Virus record (IMG/VR): IMGVR_UViG_3300032301_000470
Coordinates: 1 to 36,461 of that record
Strand: one strand, 5' to 3'
Source of the DNA: a virus
Taxonomy: Duplodnaviria > Caudoviricetes
Length of the DNA stretch: 36,461 nucleotides
In this document: positions 17,408 to 25,741 of the stretch, one piece after another
How positions within the stretch are numbered: position 1 is the first letter of the stretch
Layout of the letters: each line of letters starts with the position of its first letter
The notes under the pieces: generated by a model
What the model saw: only the letters and a program-made list of their open reading frames with translations
Told to the model about the DNA's origin: nothing
Database searches by the model: none
Position numbers and translations under genes: made by a program

Positions 17408-19663
17408 TTATCTTTTAGTTTTTGATTTAAAACAATTTTGCATTTCTGGGCTATACTGCATTGTTGTACTAGTTTTAGATGTTTTTCCTGCTTTACCTCT
17501 ATATGTTCTATATCCAACCTCCTTTTGCTCACCGGTCTTTTTATCTACCGCATAACTAAGAATTTTCATACCAGTAACATTTCTTGCATTTTGCAATTGT
17601 TTTTTCGTAGGCTTAGATATACCCATTGTCTGTAATTTTATCATAGCTTCTTTTTCCGAAAATTCATAAGTGTTTTCTTGTGTTTCTTTTACGGAAAATT
17701 TTTCTTTAAATTCTTGTGTATTTTGAACACCCAAACATTCTCTCAATAATTGTCCATTAACCATAACACCACCCATACTTGCCTCAAATGCCTGGCCCAT
17801 CATACTATTTGGATTACCCGGTACATACTTATTTGGTGGAGAATCCATAAGAGTTAAATGTAGAGAATCAATTACATCTTCAGATTGTGTATATGTTCCT
17901 AATCCTTTTTTAGTATTGCCAACTTTTACAACTATTTCATCCAAATTTCTAAACATTTTATGATAAGAATCTGCAACTTTTTTTCTTTGAACACTTACTA
18001 TACTATTTACATCAATTCCTTCTGGTATTTCTTTTTCCGCATTTATAAAATTATCAGTTAATATTCCTGATATTTTCATTATAATTTTTTGTTGTGCATT
18101 CGTACCATTTCCACTTGCTACTACTTTTAATAAACTAGCATATTGGCATTCTTTTGATGGATTTTCTGGATTACAACCTTTTGGTAAATTTTCCATTATT
18201 TCCTTTTTAATACCCTTTTTATCCATCACTGCTTCTTCCCAGTTTTTATCTGAAATGGATTTACTATTATTCAATATTTCCATTTGTTCTTTTAAACCAT
18301 ACCCACTACCACCTTTAATAAATGTTTGTGCAACAAATTTATTTCCTTCGGAATAAGATTCTTCAATTATTTGAATACTTTTAGCATGACTTGCTATAAT
18401 TCCTTTGGCTGCATCTGCTTGTTTTTTATTTATAATTTTATTTTGCTCCAATGAATCTATTTGTGAAACTTTATCTACTATTTCTTGTGATAGTGTTGAG
18501 TTATCTTGTATGTCGGCAGGTGATGTTTTATCTGAATAAAATTTCATTACCAAATTACCCTTATCATCTTGTATAAACACTGCGGTATCTGATGGGTTTG
18601 CTCCTCCTCCACCTGCGGCTACAAATGCAATTGCGTCGTCTCTTCTAACCATAGTCCCATCTGGAAGCATTATTGTTTTTGCCTTTTTAACCATTTCTAT
18701 TTGGGCAGCTTTTGAATCATCTGCACCATAAAACGGAACTATTTTTGTATTTTTTGATAATAATCCTTTTTCTTGTAAATCGTTTTTAGTTTTAATAGCT
18801 TTGTCATATTTATCTCTTGCAGACCTAGCAGATATCAACGCTTTTGACGCACATGCATTATTCTTTAAATCAGGTGGTAATCCTCTCATTACGTCGGTAG
18901 ATGGTGATTGTTCTTTTCCTAATTTTGTTCCACAAAATTGTTTTACAATGATACGTGTTAATTCCATTTCACTTAAATCAGGATATTTTTCTAATATTTT
19001 TACACCTTCACCTGATATTATTTCGTTAAATGCAGAACCTGCAGAACCTGGAGCTGGTTTCTTTTTTGTAGCTTTTTGATAACCAGAAAATCCATGTTTC
19101 AACATATCATTTTTAACCTGATTATCACCCTCATTGGCTTCACCTATTACCGTACCTTTTTGTTTTTTATTTGTAGCATATAAAGTAGAGTGAACTTTTT
19201 CAGCTTTTTGTTTGTCATCACTTGCAGCTGCATTTGGTTCAAATACTTTACCACCTTTGTCTTTACCAAATACATTCGATTTTGGCATTTCTTCATCATC
19301 AGGACCTGCATCAACCATATCAATATCTTTCTCCGAATATCCGGCCGTTTTCATCATCCCCTTTGCTTTAAGATATGCTTGAGAATTTTTCTCATAACCC
19401 AATGCCGATGCGACAGTTACTTCTCTATCGGTATCTGGGTTTACAAATTTTTGAGCTAATACTTTATCCAATGATTGTTTTGCTTCATCCAAATAAGAAT
19501 AATACACTCTTGCTTTCTGTGCCATTTCATTGGCATCAGAAACACCATTCTCTCTTAGAATTTCTACTAATTTTGTAACTTGTTCCTCTTTTGTCAAATC
19601 AATAATACCATGTTCTACACGATATTCTAATTCTTTAAGGATTTCTTGAAAATTTATTGACAT
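17408..19663 (-). CDS. Large hypothetical protein (751 aa), possible virion-internal protein
   Basis: Long ORF, with start set at MSINFQEILKE (19663) just after the upstream stop. N-terminus is rich in (I/L)xE motifs. Confidence 0.75.
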   Translation of the reverse strand: MSINFQEILKELEYRVEHGIIDLTKEEQVTKLVEILRENGVSDANEMAQKARVYYSYLDEAKQSLDKVLAQKFVNPDTDREVTVASALGYEKNSQAYLKAKGMMKTAGYSEKDIDMVDAGPDDEEMPKSNVFGKDKGGKVFEPNAAASDDKQKAEKVHSTLYATNKKQKGTVIGEANEGDNQVKNDMLKHGFSGYQKATKKKPAPGSAGSAFNEIISGEGVKILEKYPDLSEMELTRIIVKQFCGTKLGKEQSPSTDVMRGLPPDLKNNACASKALISARSARDKYDKAIKTKNDLQEKGLLSKNTKIVPFYGADDSKAAQIEMVKKAKTIMLPDGTMVRRDDAIAFVAAGGGGANPSDTAVFIQDDKGNLVMKFYSDKTSPADIQDNSTLSQEIVDKVSQIDSLEQNKIINKKQADAAKGIIASHAKSIQIIEESYSEGNKFVAQTFIKGGSGYGLKEQMEILNNSKSISDKNWEEAVMDKKGIKKEIMENLPKGCNPENPSKECQYASLLKVVASGNGTNAQQKIIMKISGILTDNFINAEKEIPEGIDVNSIVSVQRKKVADSYHKMFRNLDEIVVKVGNTKKGLGTYTQSEDVIDSLHLTLMDSPPNKYVPGNPNSMMGQAFEASMGGVMVNGQLLRECLGVQNTQEFKEKFSVKETQENTYEFSEKEAMIKLQTMGISKPTKKQLQNARNVTGMKILSYAVDKKTGEQKEVGYRTYRGKAGKTSKTSTTMQYSPEMQNCFKSKTKR

Positions 19664-19667
19664 TTTT

Positions 19668-20396
19668 TTAACTTTTTGATGCGTAAATTTGTGTAGATTT
19701 TGTTTTGTGTGCATCGTATGGTTTAAATACTTCAAATTTTGTACCATCTTTAAAAACTATATTTCCGCCATGTGGGCTAGTTCTAGTATAAACACCACCA
19801 TCCCCATTATCTAATCTTTTTTTGAGTGCAACGGCATCTTTTTGAGGAGTACCAATACCATCTGCAAGTTTTAAATTCGGTAAAATTGATTTAGATACCA
19901 TTGATACATCTACTTGTTTATCTACTTTTATATCGGTTATAGATTTATCCTTCCTTGCATCAAATACCGATGTGCTTTTTTTTTCTAACTTCTTATATTG
20001 AGCTTCCAATGGGGTCACTACTTTATCAAATTCTTTTTCAGCTGCTTTCAAATCTGCATCCATTTTTTTCTGTTTTTCCTTGCTCGCTTTACTATAATTA
20101 TCTTTGTATGTTTTACGAAAAGATTTCAATTTACTTTGAGCAGCTAACATTTGTTTATGGATACTATCTAATTCTTTTTTTGTTTTTGGGTCTACTGAGT
20201 CTTTTGACTTTTCTTTATCACCATCACCAAATACAGATGTACCTTTAACTTTAGAAGCTTGTCCTGCAGTTGTAGTTTTACCTGCAATCTTTACTTTTGT
20301 TGTAGGTCTTAACTTATGATTTTTACTATAAGCATCAAATGCCTTTTGTGATGCAAAGTCGATTTCTTGTAATGGTATTAAATCTATTAATTTCAT
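19668..20396 (-). CDS. Lys-rich hypothetical protein with an MKLIDLIPLQE N-terminus (putative internal head protein)
   Basis: Shares its N-terminal peptide with two neighbours and a ~40-aa domain with 20739..21452. Confidence 0.75.
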   Translation of the reverse strand: MKLIDLIPLQEIDFASQKAFDAYSKNHKLRPTTKVKIAGKTTTAGQASKVKGTSVFGDGDKEKSKDSVDPKTKKELDSIHKQMLAAQSKLKSFRKTYKDNYSKASKEKQKKMDADLKAAEKEFDKVVTPLEAQYKKLEKKSTSVFDARKDKSITDIKVDKQVDVSMVSKSILPNLKLADGIGTPQKDAVALKKRLDNGDGGVYTRTSPHGGNIVFKDGTKFEVFKPYDAHKTKSTQIYASKS

Positions 20397-20408
20397 ATTG
20401 TTTTTTTA

Positions 20409-20711
20409 TTAGAATGAATTACTTACTAATGTATAGTCTTTGTTAGTTAGAGTCTTTTTAGCTTGCTTTAACAAATCATCAACCATCTTATCTCTCTTTT
20501 TAGCATCTTCCGCAGATATACTACCATCTTTGTCGTGCTGTTTTTTGATTTGTTGTAACTTACGAACTGCATCTTTGTCATCCATATAAATTGCCAATTC
20601 AACTGCCGCAGCGGAATGGTCGTTGTTATCTGTCATTCTACTTACCTTCTTATTAAAAGCATCGGCTGGGTTATACATTTCCTTTAATGGAATCAAATCA
20701 ACTAATTTCAT
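20409..20711 (-). CDS. Hypothetical protein with an MKLVDLIPLKE N-terminus (putative internal head protein)
   Basis: Shared N-terminal peptide; helical body containing TDNNDH. Confidence 0.75.
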   Translation of the reverse strand: MKLVDLIPLKEMYNPADAFNKKVSRMTDNNDHSAAAVELAIYMDDKDAVRKLQQIKKQHDKDGSISAEDAKKRDKMVDDLLKQAKKTLTNKDYTLVSNSF

Positions 20712-20738
20712 ATTATTATCTTTATTTATTTTATAAAT

Positions 20739-21452
20739 TTACCAACTACCACCTGCTCCAGCTCCACCAGAACTTCCTCCACCAAATCCACCAAAGCCAC
20801 CTCCACTTCCTCCACCAAATCCACCAAAACTAGGTATGTTATAAAGTGCACTTCTACTTTGTGTATCTCTATCATCATCCTCATCATCATCCCTATTTCG
20901 TTTTTTTCTTTCGTCATCTTGCTTCTTCGCCAATTCAGGATTATCTTTTCTCCATTGTTGTAATTCCTTTTGCTTTCTATTAAACTCTTTATCGGCCGCT
21001 GCAGAATCTTTTCTTTTTTGATTTTTCTTGTCTATATATTTTTGTGCTTTTTTACCATCCGGGTCAGTATCAACTAGAGATTGTATTTTAGCTGCCAAAG
21101 CTTTATATTTTTCTGGATTTTCCAATGCTTTCTTTATAGTAACACTATATTTGCCATCATCTGAATATATTAAGATTTTATTCAAAGGATGTTTTGGGTC
21201 TAATTTTGGCATTTCAATAGGTGCTTCTGGTTTACCAAATAATTTAGCACCTAATTTTTTTAACATTCCAGGTTCTTTGGATGCTTCTCCTGCAGTTGTT
21301 TCCTTACCTGCTATTGTAACCTTTGTATCGGGTCTCAGTTTGTGAGTTTTTTTATAAGCATCAAATGAACGCTGATGTGTAAACTCCAACTCCTGCAAAT
21401 GTGTTTTAATAAATTTCCTTTCTTTAATTGGAATTAAATCAACTAATTTCAT
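20739..21452 (-). CDS. Hypothetical protein with an MKLVDLIPIKE N-terminus and a Gly-rich C-terminal tail ending in W
   Basis: Shared N-terminal peptide; ends FGGFGGGSGGGFGGFGGGSSGGAGAGGSW. Confidence 0.75.
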   Translation of the reverse strand: MKLVDLIPIKERKFIKTHLQELEFTHQRSFDAYKKTHKLRPDTKVTIAGKETTAGEASKEPGMLKKLGAKLFGKPEAPIEMPKLDPKHPLNKILIYSDDGKYSVTIKKALENPEKYKALAAKIQSLVDTDPDGKKAQKYIDKKNQKRKDSAAADKEFNRKQKELQQWRKDNPELAKKQDDERKKRNRDDDEDDDRDTQSRSALYNIPSFGGFGGGSGGGFGGFGGGSSGGAGAGGSW

Positions 21453-21470
21453 ATTAACATAATTATATGA

Positions 21471-21479
21471 TATAAATAT
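21471..21479 (-). promoter_or_regulatory. Putative late promoter motif ATATTTATA
   Basis: The same 9-mer lies 18-35 nt upstream of six late or structural-region genes. Confidence 0.6.
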
Positions 21480-21485
21480 AGGATT

Positions 21486-22757
21486 TTAACTTATAACCTC
21501 TAAATTGTTATAATTCTCCCCTTCTTCGATTTTGACCGGAAAACCACCCTTCTCCATTATCTCTCTAATGTCGATTAAAATATTTTCTCTTTCAATAGGA
21601 TGGGTGTCTATAAGAAAGGCATCATAGGTATAAAGTATCATTTTTGACATTCTACCCTCCAAATACTCCAATACCTCACCAATCTTCATATAATTAATTT
21701 CAGTTTCTAAAGATTGTAGTAAATAGTTGAATACCTTTTGTTCGTTTGCACCTTCGATTCTATCAAATGGTATTTCTCTTTTATATAAGAGTGTCGTAAG
21801 TTTTCCCGAAATGACGAACCTTTGGTATAATCCCTTAATATATTCGTCTACTTTTTGAAAGAAAGGAATTTGTCGAGCATTGTCGTCTAATCCCCCATAA
21901 AGATATGTAAAGGTTATTTTCTTTGCCGTCTCTATGTCACACCCATAAAGGTTTGCAAGGTGTTGGTGAGCCGTAGTACCCGTTGGAAACTCATACCCAA
22001 CCATTTTTGCAATCAAACGAATGTGATAAGACTCATAATCAAATTGAATTAAAGTTCCGTGTGGATGACGACTTATAAACATTTCTCTCGTACCATCGGA
22101 TTTATTTAGAGCAGAGTAGTTTACGTTAAGATGTCTATTGGATGGCCTTCCCGTCGTAGTGTATGGGTTATACTGCGTGAATACTCTATCGTTCTTTGGA
22201 AGGTATTGCTCATTGAAGTTAAAACTATCAATAAATTTTTCTCTAACGACTTTTACCCCGGCCCCTTCCAACCTTCCCAATGTATTGATTGCTGATGAAT
22301 ATTTTGTATACCAATCTCCTCTTGTACTGATGTTTGGGATTGTTTTTAAGATTTCATACCACTTCATTAAAGGTACACAATCATTCAACTCTTTAAAGTC
22401 GTTTCTATACCCCTTATAAACCGATTCTACGACTTCATTAAAGATAAATGGTTTCCCATTCTCTTCAAATGATACCCACTCATAATCCAACCCTATGGTC
22501 TTTAAATACCTATTGTCTAAAACCAATGTATTGACATGAACTATTTTTGATATGTCGAATTTGTCTAACTTCTTTGCGTCTATGTGATTGAAATTGATTA
22601 TACCATCACTTCCATCACTTTGTCTAAAATATAAGAAAGACAAACGACTTCCTAACGGATGTGCTCTATGAGAACTCCATACAGGAATTATAAGGTCAAT
22701 ATTTATATTACCTCCTAAGAATGATTGTAAGGATTGTTTATCTTCAATTAGGTTCAT
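21486..22757 (-). CDS. Short family A DNA polymerase-like protein (423 aa)
   Basis: TTTGRPS, REMFI, motif A-like FDYESYHIRL, AHQ, motif B-like AKKITFTYLYG, NYLLQS and motif C-like YTYDAFL. Confidence 0.85.
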   Translation of the reverse strand: MNLIEDKQSLQSFLGGNINIDLIIPVWSSHRAHPLGSRLSFLYFRQSDGSDGIINFNHIDAKKLDKFDISKIVHVNTLVLDNRYLKTIGLDYEWVSFEENGKPFIFNEVVESVYKGYRNDFKELNDCVPLMKWYEILKTIPNISTRGDWYTKYSSAINTLGRLEGAGVKVVREKFIDSFNFNEQYLPKNDRVFTQYNPYTTTGRPSNRHLNVNYSALNKSDGTREMFISRHPHGTLIQFDYESYHIRLIAKMVGYEFPTGTTAHQHLANLYGCDIETAKKITFTYLYGGLDDNARQIPFFQKVDEYIKGLYQRFVISGKLTTLLYKREIPFDRIEGANEQKVFNYLLQSLETEINYMKIGEVLEYLEGRMSKMILYTYDAFLIDTHPIERENILIDIREIMEKGGFPVKIEEGENYNNLEVIS

Positions 22758-22763
22758 AGAATT

Positions 22764-22794
22764 CTAATATACGAAAAATATTTTAATCTACAAA
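22764..22794 (-). promoter_or_regulatory. Bacteroidota-type promoter (TTTG-N19-TATATTAG) for the PolA-like gene
   Basis: TTCGTATATTAG is identical to the clamp-gene site; ATG is 6 nt downstream. Confidence 0.7.
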
Positions 22795-22795
22795 G

Positions 22796-23170
22796 TTATT
22801 TGTGAAATTGTAATAAGTTTGGTAAGTATAAACCTATGTTTTTAATTTTAGTCGATACGATTGAAATGGATGCAGTATTGGATGCTACAACACCAATATC
22901 GGTCATACTACCATTATTTGAATATATCGGTGATGTTGGGCCTGTGATTCTCCATTTCATTTCTCCCAATGTCCAATATGGATTTTCTAATAATGAATTA
23001 TATTCTTCCAAATCTATTTCAAAAACAAAAGAATTTGAATCAGTTACTCTTTGTGTAAAGTATCTATTTATAAATCCATTTTCGTAATCAATATCGGTTG
23101 GTATTGGTACAATTGTTTTTGGAAAATCCAATGAATATAACTCTCTACCTTTTATTAAATCTTTATACAT
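22796..23170 (-). CDS. Hypothetical protein (124 aa) at the end of the baseplate cluster
   Basis: Packed ORF, PIPTDIDYENGFINRYF...WRITG. Confidence 0.75.
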   Translation of the reverse strand: MYKDLIKGRELYSLDFPKTIVPIPTDIDYENGFINRYFTQRVTDSNSFVFEIDLEEYNSLLENPYWTLGEMKWRITGPTSPIYSNNGSMTDIGVVASNTASISIVSTKIKNIGLYLPNLLQFHK

Positions 23171-23171
23171 T

Positions 23172-25427
23172 TTATTCTGTTTTTAATAAATATCCGGCTT
23201 CAATTGTTGTTTTCCAACCATTTTCGTCAATACCTTGTTTTACATTTAGTATTTGAAAATATCCATTTCTATTGTATATTTCCGGTAGGCCGTCAATTTG
23301 AAAATATTCACCACAACTAAATCCGGCTAACCCATCTATTTCCAATGTTATTTCTAAAAATGTCAATGCGGTGGAACCACTTGGTGTTTTTGGCATGATA
23401 TATAATTGAACCAACCCACTATCTTTATATATTAAATTTTGTGAAGTGTTTCCAATTAAAAATTTTACAAATTTAGATTGATACACTTCATTTAATTTTT
23501 TTTGTTCTTCTTTGACTTCCTTATCTACTTCTTCTTTTTCTTTTTTCTTGTCTGCTTCGGTCTTTTTTTTATCTTGTTCTTCTTGTTCTTTTTTTTGTTT
23601 TTTTGTTGCTTCTTTTACTATACTAACTTCCATATCATTTACTGAAAAATACCCATCTGCGTTTGTTGCATATGATAAATCTGCCGAAACTAATCCATCT
23701 ATTTCCTTTGAAGCTTCCGTACCCGTCTTTTTATTTGCGTTTGCAATAGAAAGTTGAGTTGAGTATAATGCCTGTGCTTGCATCAATGTACTCATTTCCA
23801 TATTAAAAGTAAAATTTTTAACTATGGATTCTTTTGCACCTATTTTAAATCTATGTATAGTTGATTTTTCAGATGCGGTTCCTGTTTTTATCGATTGTTG
23901 TGAAATTTTTCTATCAATAATTTCCAATGATTTTTGTCCGGGTGAATCTTCTTTTATTTGTAGTTCTAAATTACACATTCCCAACATAGCACTTTGTATA
24001 GTTGATAGTACGGAATTAACTAAATCGGTTATACTATTTGAATTTTCTACTATTTCTAAAAATCTATTATAACTAAAAAATACATTTAATAAATTTCCTG
24101 TATTTGAATTTACTTCAATGTTAGTTTTATCAACTAAACTTTTTATTGTTTTTTTATTTGTTTTTATTGGTAAACTGTTACTAAAATCATAAATTTTAGA
24201 ATCATCTATATTAAAAGATTTTTCATTTATTTTACCATTTATTGTTATAGCATTTAATACAACAATATTTGTTTTTGAATTTAATTCCACTGTTGGTAAG
24301 TTTCCTGGAAATATAACAGATTCGTCCGTTGATATCAACATTGGATTTGAATTTACAGGTATAATTTTTTTACCATCATATTCATAATTAACGGAAATTG
24401 TTTCTTTTTGTAAAGAAAACGTTTTTAAATTATTTATTAGTTTAATTATAGCTGCTATTGAAATATATGGTGTTTTTGAAACTGTGGTATTTTTTTGTTG
24501 TACGTTGGTCACGCCATAGTTAAAAAATTCCTTTTCATCATTTTTAAATAATTCTTTAAAATCTTTTCTACCAAAATCAGCTGCTATTTTTTCGATAAAA
24601 GATTGAATATTTGTTATTTTTTTATCATATTTTTTCAATGCAAGAACGGAATCTTTTCCAGATTTTAATGCAGGCCATAATTGTAATTCATTTCCACTAG
24701 ATACTTCAATAGTTACATCATATGTACCATCTTCGGTAGGTGAATAATTAAAACTTGTTACTCTACCAACCATAAAATCGTATTCACCTTCGGTTGCTTT
24801 AAGAGTTTTTATGTAGTCTCCCTTTGTGGAATCTAATGTAAATAAATCAACGTAAGCTTTTTTATAGTCATCAAATTTTTTCTTTGCAAATAATTTTGTT
24901 TCTATTTCAGCTGCTTTTGATTTATTTCTAATCTCGGTTCCCCACCCATATTCCAAAACAACACTCATCGATGGTCTTAAAAAAAACAATTCAAACATTT
25001 CTAATTGTTTCAAAGTAAATACTTTAACTTTAACTTGTGCGGTTTTTAAAGTATTATTTCCACCGTCGGTATCTATTTCTATACTTTGTATAATTGGAGT
25101 TGATACTCTTCTATTAATTTCTCCTTCTACTACAATTTCTTTACCATTTAAATCATAACCTACAATGGTTTTACCTGTTTGATATAATTTTGAAACATCG
25201 GTAGTATTTGTGATTACACATCCATAATATGTATTAGAAGCTGTTCCATATTTTTGTGTGCTAAATAATTCTTTAATTTCTTGGGGTGTTTTATTTTTCA
25301 AAACAATAGCACCACTAGACATTATTGCAAATGGTGATAGTGTACTAATATAATTTCTATCGGCTTCCCTTTCTTCTAATTTCTTTACCAACCAATCTTC
25401 TAATGGTTTTACAAATGGAAATGGCAT
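23172..25427 (-). CDS. Putative baseplate hub protein (gp27/VgrG-like fold)
   Basis: Follows the LysM-like gene. VVLEYGW near the N-terminus and a C-terminal LEIDGLAGFSCGEYFQIDGLP...FQILNVKQGIDENGWKTTIEA resemble contractile-tail hub proteins. Confidence 0.6.
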   Translation of the reverse strand: MPFPFVKPLEDWLVKKLEEREADRNYISTLSPFAIMSSGAIVLKNKTPQEIKELFSTQKYGTASNTYYGCVITNTTDVSKLYQTGKTIVGYDLNGKEIVVEGEINRRVSTPIIQSIEIDTDGGNNTLKTAQVKVKVFTLKQLEMFELFFLRPSMSVVLEYGWGTEIRNKSKAAEIETKLFAKKKFDDYKKAYVDLFTLDSTKGDYIKTLKATEGEYDFMVGRVTSFNYSPTEDGTYDVTIEVSSGNELQLWPALKSGKDSVLALKKYDKKITNIQSFIEKIAADFGRKDFKELFKNDEKEFFNYGVTNVQQKNTTVSKTPYISIAAIIKLINNLKTFSLQKETISVNYEYDGKKIIPVNSNPMLISTDESVIFPGNLPTVELNSKTNIVVLNAITINGKINEKSFNIDDSKIYDFSNSLPIKTNKKTIKSLVDKTNIEVNSNTGNLLNVFFSYNRFLEIVENSNSITDLVNSVLSTIQSAMLGMCNLELQIKEDSPGQKSLEIIDRKISQQSIKTGTASEKSTIHRFKIGAKESIVKNFTFNMEMSTLMQAQALYSTQLSIANANKKTGTEASKEIDGLVSADLSYATNADGYFSVNDMEVSIVKEATKKQKKEQEEQDKKKTEADKKKEKEEVDKEVKEEQKKLNEVYQSKFVKFLIGNTSQNLIYKDSGLVQLYIMPKTPSGSTALTFLEITLEIDGLAGFSCGEYFQIDGLPEIYNRNGYFQILNVKQGIDENGWKTTIEAGYLLKTE

Positions 25428-25433
25428 AACTTA

Positions 25434-25736
25434 TTATTTATTTATTTTTTCAAAATCGTTCAATATTCTTGACAAATTTGATGGTATTCTCATTTGAGTA
25501 CCGGGTGTGATTGATAAAGATGCATCATTTAAATTATTTGCAGTTGCTATTATCCACCAAAGTGTTTTATCATTATAGTATTTTGATGCAAGAATATCCA
25601 ATCTATCACTTGATTCGGATATGATGTATAAATCGTCATCCGATGGTTTTATTTTTGGATAAATAATACTACTTAAATAGTTTTTTTTTGTACCTCTAGT
25701 AGTAAGTGTATTTGTATATTGATATCTATTTGGCAT
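25434..25736 (-). CDS. LysM-like baseplate wedge / tail X protein (gp53-like)
   Basis: DRLDILASKYYNDKTLWWIIATANNL...PGTQMRIP. Confidence 0.82.
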   Translation of the reverse strand: MPNRYQYTNTLTTRGTKKNYLSSIIYPKIKPSDDDLYIISESSDRLDILASKYYNDKTLWWIIATANNLNDASLSITPGTQMRIPSNLSRILNDFEKINK

Positions 25737-25741
25737 TATTT

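Noticed and set aside
20726-20917. 63-aa minus-strand ORF (LVDLVEEV repeats)
   Set aside because: It is an alternative-frame reading of the glycine-codon repeat of 20739..21452.
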